Shown: one piece after another, positions 24,456 to 36,514 of the stretch
How the letters are laid out: each line of letters begins with the position of its first letter
Position numbering within the stretch: the stretch's first letter is position 1
Source of the DNA: Pavona decussata
Taxonomy: Eukaryota
Direction of reading: 5' to 3'
NCBI GenBank assembly: GCA_977016875.1
Contig: CDRNST010000067.1
Coordinates: forward strand, 2,046,001-2,110,000
DNA length: 64,000 nucleotides
Notes under the pieces: generated by a model
The model's input: the letters and a program-made list of their open reading frames with translations, nothing else
What the model was told of the DNA's origin: nothing
Databases searched by the model: none
Translations under genes and position numbers: made by a program

Positions 24456-26138
24456 CTAGTCCTCTGGTTCGTCTTCCAGTTCTCGGTCGCACTCCAGATG
24501 GCGCGCGGCTTCGCACACACTGCGTCGGGTGGTCAACTGCATTTTCTAAAAGAAAAACAAATAAGCAATAAACATCGACTAGAATAAAATCCTTTTATTT
24601 TATCCCTCAACCGATAATCTTAATAAATCCAACTTTTTAGGAAAGGGACAAATAAAAATGAACAGATGAACGGAAAAACGCTTTACCACACCTACTGTCT
24701 TTATTATGTGATAGGCATGTGGTAACATCCAAAAAAACATTAACTTAGAAAGAGGAACATGGAAGCCTCAAATTCAATTTTACTGGTGGCGTTGGGTTTT
24801 ATTTTGTGATAATTGATCAACCTTAACATAATCAGTTGACGCTAATAATCACCAAACTAATGGAACCTCAATTTTAAAACGTGAAGTTTTATAATCTATC
24901 CAGGATGTAAAAACAAGATAATTAACCATAGCTGAAGTTGCTCTCCAACGTAATATAATTCGCAAACCTATTTTTGTCAGGTCATTAAACGTCCGTTCAA
25001 TAAAATAGTGCACCTGTATTGTAATAATTCATTCAAATGTAACGCGAACAAAAACCTGAAAATTTTTCATAATCGAAGGACAATAACATCGCAATAATAT
25101 AGATCATACCGATGAAAAGGGATGTATTTTGAACCCAGAAGTTTCTCAGTAAAATTTTCAAAAACGGGATTTTTTTCTCTAAACGTGTTCCGTAAAACGG
25201 CTTTACATAAAGCTATATAAATTAAGATGAAACATGTCTCCGTACAAGTCCAGTACTCAGTTAGCAGGAAAATACTCCACCCTTGTTGGGATGCATTTTT
25301 AGGTCCGTTACAAATCCGACTTTGGATGTAACTTTTGTCGCACTTCACTGCAAAAATTCTCGAGAAAAGATTACAACTTCAAACCCACTTCAGGTAAACC
25401 AGCTGCGATTTCAGTGCGGTTTAAATTAGCGCGATATCACTGTACGTTTTCTAAGAAATCCAGTATTAAGCATTAAGCACGGCACACCCCTGCGTCATCC
25501 TGATGATAAATCGTGTTCAAATCGCACCGCTTTAAAACTGCAACTCGAGTTCCACAGTTGCATTAAAAGTGTGTATCGAAAACTAGTCGAAAAACGGCCG
25601 CGGGCCCAGTTCATGGGTAGGTAAACCGCGTGGAGTGATGTACTGTGTGAAGGGGAGTCGGTTGTGTTTTAGATCATCGGGGTGAGTTCTCTTAAATTTT
25701 AATTCAAAGCTGTTGGAGTTGTTAACTGATTTGAAAAGGAGATGATGTTTATAGGAAATAAATAAGTTTGACAATTGAGCTTACTTTATTCAAAAAGGCA
25801 AATGATCTAAAAATAATGTCACTCCGCACCAAACATAAACTGTATATAGCTAAGAACAATGGGGCGATACTAGTTAACTCAGTAGTGTAAAATTTCCCGA
25901 TTTGAGAGCCACGCCGGTCGGCACTGGCAATGGGATGGGATCAATGTGTTTGAAACACAAACACGAAAACAAATGCGAAACTAAAGACAGATGGTTCAGT
26001 GTTTGTTACCTTGATCCTCTTCCCTTTATCACTGTCTTCATATTTCTTCCCATTGGTAGAAAAGAGACAATCAGTCTCTTTTACCATCGACACCAAAAAA
26101 AATGCGAAAATGAACAGAGCTAGCAGTTGCGATTTCAT
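24456..26138 (-). CDS. Secreted peptide precursor B (72 aa, 2 exons)
   Basis: Exons 26138-26010 and 24545-24456: MKSQLLALFIFAFFLVSMVKETDC-LFSTNGKKYEDSDKGKRIK|KMQLTTRRSVCEAARHLECDRELEDEPED*. GT-AG intron; AATAAA on minus at 24358-24363. Confidence 0.85.
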
Positions 26139-28309
26139 TTTGCCGATTCCAGGATATTTTCACTGAGGCAGCCACGGATCCCTGAGTCGCAATACTGATG
26201 TGTCATTGGACTATTCTCGGTCCGTTTATATCTCTTTCCTCTGCGGCAATTTAATTGTTCATAGACCATAGTTTAATTAAGATGTGAGCCACCTTTGAAG
26301 GCGAATTTAAGGATGACGATGGCACTTGAAAAATTAAGACTTAATGATATGTCAGTTGTAAAACGGAAAATAATATGGTGATAATTTTAGCTACAGAACA
26401 AAAAGAAAGTTTCTTCCTTTTTTTTACTTTTACTTTGAAGCTACGCCGCGCAGTGGAGAATTTTCTTTGTACCCTTTCTATTGCGTATCGTAGACCATTT
26501 GCGAGCTTATTTAGTTTTCACTTTCTCAACTGAACCGTATTTTTTTTCACACTTACCACCCATGGTGTTTCATGACTGACCGATATCTTTTACGTATTTA
26601 CACGCACTCCGCCTTGAGAACGGTTTGTTTTGTTTTTAATATTTTCTTCAATAGTCAAGAGTTAGTCTGGCATGAACTAACTTTGCCTAAAAAGTCAATA
26701 AACGAGCTTTGTTTAACGACGAAGACGTCAACAGGCAATACAGTGAGCTGGAGAAAAATTGCTCGGGAGTGAGTCACGTTCAGTTGTCATATGGCTGACT
26801 GCTTTGTACATGAACAATTATAACAGATATAGGTTACCAGTTTATGTGGCAGCATCGGTTATCATCAGCCCCCTTTTAGCCCATACAGGAATCACTGGAG
26901 GTTGCCATAGCACTTCCACTTCGTCTTCAGTTGCACTCATCAAACACCCCTTGTATAACGCCATCACGGACGTACACACGTAAAAACGTCTAATTAACGT
27001 ATGGCCAATCTCTGACTTGTTTCCAATCATTCTAGTCACCTACTGTCAGAAAAAAGGACAGGTAGTGAAATAACAAAGAAACCATTGGCGAATTAGCAAT
27101 AATGGATTTTCAAGTAACCTAGAATATCCTCTTTCACATTTGTCTTTCCTTGTTTTTATCAAAAAATTGCTTTCAGCTGCGACTTCCTGTTTCTATCAGC
27201 TTTCATATGCTTTCTTTTTCCTGTTTCTTCATCAGATATAAAGATAATGATAGTAAGATTATTAGCAATAAAATTTTATGGAGTCACAATCTTTTACAAC
27301 TACATGATAAGTTTTGGCCGTTCGCAAAGAACTATTGGTACTAATGAAGAGTAGAAGCTATACCTGTTTAAATACCGACGGCAAGTTCAAGTTGTTGTGT
27401 TTGGATAAGCAGCATTTTCAAGGTTAAAAAAAATAAAATAAAACAAAATCATATACTAATGTTAGTTCAAAAAAACTGATCGTGGACTCAGTAGGTTGGA
27501 ATAAACTGAGTGGCCGGGGACACAGTAACGCGATCGTGTAAACGAGATAGTCTTAACCGTACTTGGGAAAAAGCAGATTTTCATTCAACTGATCATCCAC
27601 ACGTGTAAATTCTGCCTTTCTGTCAAAATGGTTACTTTTTAACACGAACTTCTTTTTTGATGAATAATTCATTCTTTTTAATAATTATTATGTCCTTCAA
27701 CAACAGCTATTGATCAAAGTCACCAAAGAATTAATTAGTCGTTTTCACCATTTGCATTGCAGATCGCAGATCCATCAACCATATTTGTTTTTCAGTTTGA
27801 ACTGGAGGTATAAAGCGAAACAAAGGAAAACCAAATACCGTCAAAAAAAAAAAAAAAAAATAATAATAATAGTAAAATAAACAAGTCATGCGAATTAAAC
27901 GAGCATGACTTCGAGCTTCGCCTAAAGGCCCAAGAAAAAAGAAAAATAATTGTCGTGTAGACAGGGAGACCACAATAGCTTCACCAATTATAGTGGACCA
28001 TTAAGATACAAAAAAACACAAGAAAAAAACAGAAACAACAGGACAGTTAAAACAGCAAGTTAGTTGACGATCGAGGGTGCGAGCCATGTTACCGTATTAT
28101 CGGGCTCGTATAGATTGTTGATCGCGAAAAAAAAAAAAAAAACGTGCTATACTGTCTAACGTCATTAACGCTTCAAGGATACGAAACACCTTCTCAGTTA
28201 ATATTTTTGACACCCAACAAAGGCAGTTAAAATGAAGTCAAAATGCGCTACTTTGAAAGTTTCTAATGATATCCTTCTTTCATCATCTGACGTTCAAATC
28301 TAAACGATT

Positions 28310-28790
28310 TGAACTGTTCACGAGTCTTGTCACCCACCAAGTGCTAAAGTAGGACTTGTGAAGGGCGAAGCCATCGGGCTCCTAAAAACAAATTCGTCAA
28401 AATCTAGTTTTGAGGAGAACACCTCAAATTGTATAACAAGGTTGTTGGCAAGAGGTTATCCACACAACCTGGCAGAAAAAGTACTATCGCAAATAGAATT
28501 CCCGCCGTGAAAGGGTGCTAGCGCTTAAACAAGAAAATAAAACTTCTCAAAGACATTTTGCCTTATTACAAAATACGAGCCATCGCTGCCAAACATCAGA
28601 CAAGTTTTAATGGAAAAATGGCACGTAATACAGAAACAACCAGTAGTCAGAAATATCTTTAAAGATCCACCAATCATATCTTTTAAAAGAAGGAAAGTCC
28701 TTAAAAGATATACTCGTTAGAGCTAAAACATAAAAGGTTTTCAAAATGTTTCACACCAGTGAAGATTGTGTGGCCTGTCACCCCTTGTCA
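28310..28790 (+). mobile_element. Decayed Penelope-like element fragment
   Basis: SCHPPSAKVGLVKGEAIGLLKTNSSKSSFEEN...RLLARGYP matches the region C-terminal to the Penelope RT; frameshifted downstream. Confidence 0.75.
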
Positions 28791-29107
28791 TTACCTACCG
28801 TAAGAGGGTATAAAAGTTAAAACTTTCGAGCGTAAACTGTTTCATATTAGTCCATACATATAGCCAGTCGTTATTTTGCTTCTTTCTTTGCTCAAGATAG
28901 AAATGTTTTAGCATTTTAAAAATCTTATTCTTCAAAACACCTTCCAAATCTGATTGTATTCTTCTCTCGCCGTGAAACATGTTTACTTGCAGCATGTGTA
29001 AAACATTTCAACTGAATGTTTACGACTGATACTTTGAAGAGAAGGAAACAATTTCAGACTCTCGTCTGATTGCTTTCACTACAAACATTCGTTCTATTTT
29101 GGTTATA

Positions 29108-29291
29108 CAGTGAAACCTCTCCTCACGGACACCTCTTCACTACGGACACCTCTCTATAACGGACAGTTCACTTGGTCCCTGAGAGACCGAAATCCAGATA
29201 CACCTAAGGCGTACTTCTCTAAAACGGACACCTCTATAATGCGAACACTTATTCCTTTCCCCCTGGTGTCCGTAATAACGAGGTTTGACTG
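29108..29291. mobile_element. Tc1/mariner (pogo-like) MITE
   Basis: TA-flanked; begins cagtgaaacctc and ends gaggtttgactg; internal acggacacc repeats. Confidence 0.8.
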
Positions 29292-31594
29292 TACTCAAGT
29301 TTATACCTATGTTACCTTTATTACTGCTTTTGTCATTTTGTCCGCCAGCAATGATACACTGTTAAATTGTTTCTTAGAACGAATACCTTTACGAAACAGG
29401 CGCTTTAAAGTCACTCCTGTGTGGACATACTGACTGTAAACGAGGTTAGTTTGACGCGTCCTACATGCAAGCACTGCTCTTTCTGTTTTTCCTGAGTTCC
29501 CAGGAGGTTTCAGAAACGGGGAATTATCATTGGAATCACGTAACTATTCAGCGAAGATTCTTTGCACGCAATCAATCACTGTTCTCCAATCACTAGAAGC
29601 GTATTTGCTGAGAGTTTATATCGACAACTCGTGCTTCGTGCTTCATCAGAGATTCCAAACATTTCGAAAACAATCAATTAAAGCACAGTATAAACCAGTC
29701 TCGGTGTTTAAAACGTCTCACTTTCGTAGATAACTTGAACCCTATATTCCCTCTAACATAACACTTCGATTTTGAAGAAAAAATAAAAATAAAACCTTTA
29801 TTCAGCTACAATGAATAGTTTTAAACATTCCTTTTCTTATAAGCATAATTGATATTCGGCATAACTAACCAAAATAAATTTGCTGAGGCGGAAAATTTGA
29901 ATGTTTTTAAACCAGGCCAAGGAGTTATCTAACGAGTGATTCCGGTGAACATTAAGTTAAGCGTAGTAGTATTAGTATTTTGTAGTTTGAAATGTATTAT
30001 TTGTTAATGTTTTTATTATGATAAGGAAGGAAATAAACTAGAAAGGGATAAAACCTCTCTTATCTTCTTTTCACCTTTCCCTAAAAAAATTGTGAATAAA
30101 CAGTTGACACTAAACACAAAGCAGAGAAAGGGAAGGGCAGCTGAACAAAAATCAGAAAAAAATAACACTTAACGAAAAGGCAGTGTGATATCCAAGGTTA
30201 TTAGAGAACCATTATCATCAATTTACACCATTATTATGCTTTTATCTATCACCATTTTGTCACCATTTGTTTGATAATCTGCCACCATTTTTTCTAACAG
30301 TGAGTTAATTATCAGTAGTTGGGCAACTCTCACGCGTGATTATGGAGATTAATGGACTGTTCACAGGTGCGTGAGACTTATGAAAGCTAACTGAGCGAAC
30401 CCTGGCTGTGAAAGCCTTCAGCGATTCGTATACGACTTTGAAGAGTGAGATGATGCCAATAATTAATCCGATAGCAGCTGTAGGGCAAACTAACTTTCGA
30501 TCGGTCTCTTGGTGGTAATGCGGGTCCTACCATTGATTCAATAATAAATACAGAGTTGAAATGATCATTTATGCACTCATATAAACCCACTCGAACCAGC
30601 TTCCATTTATTATTTTATGTGAGGAGTGCTTCTGTCGTTTAGCCCATAAAAGCACGGGTGTTGTTTTTAACAGTCGGTTTGATTCTATCCTTCAGACCTT
30701 ATTTCATAATAAGCCAGTGAAGTGCAAGAGAAACTTTTTAAAACGTTCGCATGGAAGCAATCTCCTCATGAAGATGATTCTCAAAGAGAAATTAGAGCTA
30801 AGACGAAACATTACGGGCACATTTAATCAGGACACTGGCTTTTAAATAAAAACTGCTGTAGTTTCATAAGCTTCTTGTGAAAAAAATAAAGAAAGCTGGG
30901 AAAAAGAAAGAAAAAACGAAATAGAAAGAGAAATTTGCGTGAGCGTGTATGTGTGATGGTTCAATTTTTGTTTCCCTTTGTTTATAATTACACAAAAAAT
31001 GCGAAACAAAATCGACCCAAAGATAAAAGTGCCTCAACCACAACATATGTGTGTATGTGCAAAGTATTCTCTCTGTTATGAAAATTATTAAATGACAAGA
31101 AAGCGAAAGAAACAAGGGGAGAGTTTGCGTGAGACGAGAAAAGATCATCGAGGGATAGTTAAAAGGGAGTTCATAGAAACGCCATGGGGTATAGACATTT
31201 TAAAAAGGTTATGTATGAAAGTGAAAAATATGAAAAAATTGAGACAACGTGATCCACAATTGATCCGGCTTTGTGACACTGTTCTCATTGACTTCACAGT
31301 GGACAGGTAGAGCGGTAGAATGCTGGAAGTGGCATCAATTAGTAGCACATCATGTTCTTAATTATAAGACCTTCTTTCTTCATTATGTTTCCATTGTAAT
31401 TGCCATCTTCCATTGGTGGCGTGGCAGAAATTAGAGAATTAATCAAACCAGTTGAATTGTGTCAGATAAATTGGGTGGGTATAAATTGAGCAATCGTTGC
31501 CTCGGAAGATATATCCTGTTTAACTCCCAGTGAGTTCAGACAAATAACAATCAAACAAAACAGAGAACAGAAAAAGCAACGCCGAGTGGCCAGA

Positions 31595-32996
31595 ATGAAA
31601 TCAAAGCTAGTCATAGCTCTTTTTATTTTTGCGTTTTTGCTTGGATCTATCGTGAAAGATGCTGAATGCATGTTCACAGTTAAGGGAAACAGAGGAAAAA
31701 GAAACGAGGTAAGATCAAAACAAACACAGCATTACAGCATTTAACATTTGGTAAACATTTCAACAAGACGACAAGAACTCTCGGTTAATTTTAAAGCAAG
31801 CGGTATTCTACTTGTGTTTGGCTGGTGAGAGAAGCGAAAATTTCACTTGTTCTGTTTCTATTTAAAAACACTTGAATTTTAACTTTATATCAGTTAATGG
31901 ATTTCGGTGGTTTGAACTTTTTGTTAAGGATATCCCACGTGCACTACTAACCCAACTGGAGAAGACAGCTTTCCTGAGAAAGCACTAGAACTTGTGCAGT
32001 GTCTAGTTTTATTTGTTGCTTTATACAGAACTAGTAAAACTATCTTTTTGGGAAGAAGAGGCACCAAGGTGTAATGCAGTTTCTTCGGGTAATCTGATCT
32101 TTCTTGTATACATTTGGTTACCCTAGACATGAGAAAAGCTGAATGGGAGAAAGTATTTTGTTCTTATTTTAAGGCTGAATTTATTGTGATGATCGAATGT
32201 GGGCCGTTTTTAAGAGCTAGGCCTTAACTTTTTTTTTTTTTTATCAAAACCGTGCTTGATTTGAACTCATCAGTTACCTTTTATCCCCGTTCAAAAATGC
32301 TCATAAAACATCATAAGGAATATTTCAAGTGACTCTGTCCTAAGGAGAACAAACTATTATTTGTCCTGAGATATATTTTTCAAGACAGAAGAGGACGACT
32401 TTGAAAAGAAAGCCCGAATATTTTGTCAAAAGTTTAATCTGGCAATTCCACCTTGGCCATCCGGCCGGATCCGTGGCTAATTTTAGTTTCAGGAAACTAG
32501 TAAAGCAATCCAACCCACTGGACCTTGCTTTGATTCTAATATGTCCATTAGCTTTTTAAAATAATACTAAATATTTCCTTCAACAAACAGATGTTAGTGA
32601 CCTCCTCTACTTATTGTTGTGCTCGCGCAAGTTCAACAATGGTTTATTATTGATAGACAAAAAACAGATGACACAACACATTGGAAAAATGTGTTGTTAA
32701 TTTCCAACTCCACCGAATCAATAAAATCAAAGATTTAACTGTCGTGATGTACTTTTACTTCTGGTTTATTCTGTCAAATAAGACTTAATTTTCACTTTTA
32801 ACCCTTCTTTGTTAAGACGCTGAAATTTGTTTTAATTTCTGTTTCAGGACAAATGTTAGGAAAGTTTTTCGTTTATTAAACGTTGAATTTTGCTTTTCTT
32901 TAGGGGTCATTGCTGAACTATCGACGGGGCTTATGCGCAGCTGCACGTAGACTGGAGTGCGACCGAGAATTCGAAGACGAACCAGAGGACAAGTGA
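31595..32996 (+). CDS. Secreted peptide precursor C (68 aa, 2 exons), older paralogue
   Basis: Exons 31595-31708 (GTAAGA donor) and 32904-32996 (ctttag acceptor): MKSKLVIALFIFAFLLGSIVKDAEC-MFTVKGNRGKRNE|GSLLNYRRGLCAAARRLECDREFEDEPEDK*. Same intron position and phase as A and B; TATAAA at 31480, AATAAA at 33091; 3' UTR still alignable with A/B. Confidence 0.88.
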
Positions 32997-33399
32997 CGAG
33001 AGGTGACGTCATAGACTACCATCAGTGAATGAAAAAGACAAGAAATGTGCAATTGATAGTGTAGCTTGAAAAAAGTTGTTTTAAAGTAGAAATAAAGAAA
33101 TACTATATGAGGCTGTTATATTTCGTTACTTTTTCTGAACGATAAGACATTCAAAATTTGGAAACTGAGCAGCTCGCCACAGAAGCAGCTTTGCTTCGAA
33201 CAGCGAGGCTGAGAATTCAGGCTGTAGCTTGCCCTCATTTGAGTGTTAAATAAATAAATAATTATTATTTATAATAATCATAATCATATTCATAATCAAA
33301 CTAATCTTATAAAAAGACCTCCATCAGGTATCCAAAAATTATTCAAATTTAAAGACCTTTAAACAGAAATAAAAAATGCGGCAAATGAAAATCGAAGTT

Positions 33400-33600
33400 A
33401 TGCAATTGGACACTGGTGACTTAGGAGTGATGACGAAAGGTATAGCGAAGCTTATCAGCAAAATACCAGGTGATATTAGCCTTCAAGAAATCTGAAAAAC
33501 GACACTCCTAGGAACAACGCACATACCAACGAAGGGTCCTACCCATTAACTGAAAGAATAAAGACCGCCCTAGCGCCGTAGGACCATGGTTTGGACCCGA
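33400..33600 (+). mobile_element. 3' remnant of a restriction-like-endonuclease non-LTR retrotransposon (R4/NeSL-like)
   Basis: GDLGVMTKGIAKLISKIPGDISLQEI*KTTLLGTTHI resembles the C-terminal QKxxLLGTxxI motif of these elements. Confidence 0.55.
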
Positions 33601-34092
33601 CAAAACAACTAAAGGAGGCATAAGTAGTTAATATCCTTATCTGGAGAGTAGAGGGCAGAATTGAGAGGAGTGCGGAGTACGAGACAAGAATGATAAGAAG
33701 CACTTAGTTAAAACAGTAAACGGAAGGGCGTAAAAAAACAAGACACTACGCAAACTCAATTTTCATTGATGATTAATACCCTTGGGATTATGCAAATTAA
33801 TGAGACCGTTAAAGGATTTACACATGTTCCACCCGATCACTCTACCCGAGACCGCGAAAGTGAACAGGTTGGCGACCCACCCTCCCACCCAACGCGTATG
33901 TCGGGCTTGATCCTATCACTTTTTACTTTTGCCTAGTCTTAGGCTTGTCCCAGGCCAGAGCGATTCCCCATACCTTATTAACATGTCATGAATATTACCT
34001 AGGGTAGAATATTACACTATTTTACACAACTCACCTGATTATCTGTTCCGGAGAGTGATCGTAGCAAGTATACTGGAAACCTTCCTAAGCGT

Positions 34093-34165
34093 CAACCTCG
34101 TTTCCAGGGTCTCTCCTCTTCACATCCCTGGGATGTGAAGAGGAGAGATCCTGGGGACGAGGTTG
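34093..34165. repeat. Short palindromic (hairpin) element
   Basis: caacctcgtttccagggtctctcctcttcacatccc-t-gggatgtgaagaggagagatcctggggacgaggttg is a near-perfect 36-bp stem; a partial relative lies at about 21420-21466. Confidence 0.8.
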
Positions 34166-34415
34166 CCTAAGTGTCACTAATGAAGATGTATATTTCGGAT
34201 CGACAACTCCTTTTAAGGACGACGATAATAACCTTCATTCAAGCGATGCCTACCAATCGACAGCCCTCAGCCGGCAAACATTTTCGAAAATTTCTATACG
34301 TGTCCCACCAATGAGACAAACAAAATGCGTTTCTGTTGGTTATGATAGGCGCAACATTCAAATGTTCTACTAAATGGCTACAGGGCAATCCTTCGCTGCT
34401 AAACAAAAGAAATTA

Positions 34416-36514
34416 TTAGAAATACAGTCTGAACTTCCTTCTCGCCGAATCATGGTAACTCTTCGTTTTGTACCTTTTCATCTTGATTATGTTTTTAACA
34501 CTTTCCACAACACGAGGGGGGAGCAAAGTTGAGGCTGTTGGCATCAGAGTCTTCATTCTTTGGGACATAAGCCTCTGTACTGGGCTTGATCCAATGGTTT
34601 CAACAGGTGTGTTTCTGTCTTTTGACAAGGAAAGCAAAAGATCCATGCCATCTAGGAACGCTTTCTTGAATAGGCCTCGGTTATTTGCACTGCGGTCTCT
34701 GCTTTACCATTTGACTTATGATGATGCGGAGATGACGTCACATGTCTAAATTCCCATTCTTCGACAAATATTCTGAGCACGCGGCTTGTTAGTTGTGCAC
34801 CATTGTCGGAGACAAGGACATCTGGAATTCCATGTCTGCTTAATTGTTCCTTTAGAAGTTGTATGATGGTTTAATGGTAAAGTTGTGTCACTAAGTTCAT
34901 GGACTTTCACAAAGTCTGAATAGTAATCCACAAGAACACTGCTAGTCGGCTCCAGGGATGATCTGGAACTTTCGACTTCTGCATTGGCTCTTTCGGATTC
35001 CTCACCTGAAATTCTGCACACATGGACCTTAATTTCACTGTTCATTCCTGGCCAAAAGACTGCGTCTACAACCTATCTTAAACAAGCTTCAATGCCAAGG
35101 TGACTTGCGTGACTTCTGGAGATGATCTGTGGGCTGATTGCCTTAGGAACGATTATGCGCTGGCGTCTCAGCAGGATTCCGTTGTGCTAGGAATTTTCTT
35201 CTTTTTAGCTCCAGTATTCTCTGATTGTAACTGACACCTTGCTTTTTCTGCTTTGGCCAGCCAATCAGCACACTTGTCGTCAAAATTTGGAGCACTGGAT
35301 CTTGTTCTGTCGCCTTTTGTAACTTACACTTGACACTAGTGTTAAAGAGTCTGGCTTCAACTGCCAACGCGAACACTTTAAATTCTTCAAAATGTTCTGC
35401 TGGAGCAGACTTTTTGAAAATTGTCTGAAGCGGCTTGTGGTAATTTTTTCTCCTCGAACTAGCTAGTGACTAGCTAGCTAGCTAGTGAATCTTTGACAGG
35501 TAAATACTATCGCAAGGCATTCTTTTTAAATTTGCGCGTTTCTTATTTCTGTTGGTGTGAGTGTTTTCTACGCGAAAGCCATTTTGAAGATGGGTAGCGC
35601 CGAATCCCTTCTTGCTAGCGTCGCACTGTAACGTGACCTCATTGCAGTCGTAGTACTTTAGAACAGGTTGGTTGACGACTAGTTTCTTCACTTCCTTGAA
35701 TGCTATGTAATGCTGTGTACGCTGGACGATTCTTTCTTTTGTCATGTAACTATTGTTAACCACAGAATTTGCACTTCGCATTTCCAGTAGTCTTCTTCTT
35801 CAGGGACACATTCTTTCTTTGTTTGGACTTGCCGCTCGGCTGCTTCTTGAAATTCTTGCCTTTCCCTTTTCCAACTACATTCACTCTTCTTCTTCGGCGG
35901 ATCGTTAGTGTTGGATTTCATAGACTCCAACTGCTTGCTCGTCATTTTGTTAGAACGCGCAATGTCGATTGCTTTGTCGAGTAAGAGGGATTTCTCTCTC
36001 AAAAGGTTCCCTTTTGTCCCTCTGTCAATGACACAAATAAATGACTAATCTGTCGTGGATTATATATTTAATTCATCAGTAAGTGATCTAAATTGACAAG
36101 ACGATGCAAATTTCCGTAGGCGAGCGACGTAACCGTCGACTGACTTTCCCAGATTTTGGTCACAAGAATTGAAGACGTACCGTTCGTAAACAATGTTGCG
36201 CTGCGGTTTGAAGCAGTTTTCCAAAGCGGTCAGGCATGCTTGGTCGTTGTCCCTGTCCTTATCCGAAATATTTAGATTCAACTGCTTTGAAGTGTATCCC
36301 TTTTTCGGTGACGAAGTTGTACTGCTGATTATCGGTGTATTTTAGGCTGATATCTTCGATTTATCTTTTGACACCATGATGAGTGACCGAGCTCAGACCA
36401 CTGATGTGCTTTTAGTCAACTTAAATTTATTACCAAATAAGGGCATACATACGTTGGTGCAAACCACGACGTAATCTGAACAAAGCCTAGTAACACCACA
36501 CTCGTAAAACCACA
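34416..36514 (-). mobile_element. Internally deleted Ty3/Gypsy LTR retrotransposon
   Basis: Gag FKPQRNIVYERYVFNSCDQ...YVARLRKFASSCQF; RNase H-like PVLKYYD..VTLQCDASKKGFGA; integrase Zn-binding SHLGIEAC...VFWPGMNSEIK; post-integrase RNTP..GSSPVQRLMS. PBS-like TGGTGTCA at 36376-36369 after a short putative LTR (about 36377-36514). Confidence 0.85.

Larger units (their letters stand above)
23051..28002 (-). repeat. Right arm of ~4.8 kb inverted segmental duplication
   Basis: Reverse complement of 6930-11737; contains peptide gene B. Confidence 0.95.

Noticed and set aside
31092-31310. Basic 72 aa ORF with KR sites upstream of gene C
   Set aside because: No signal peptide, splice support or similarity to A/B/C.
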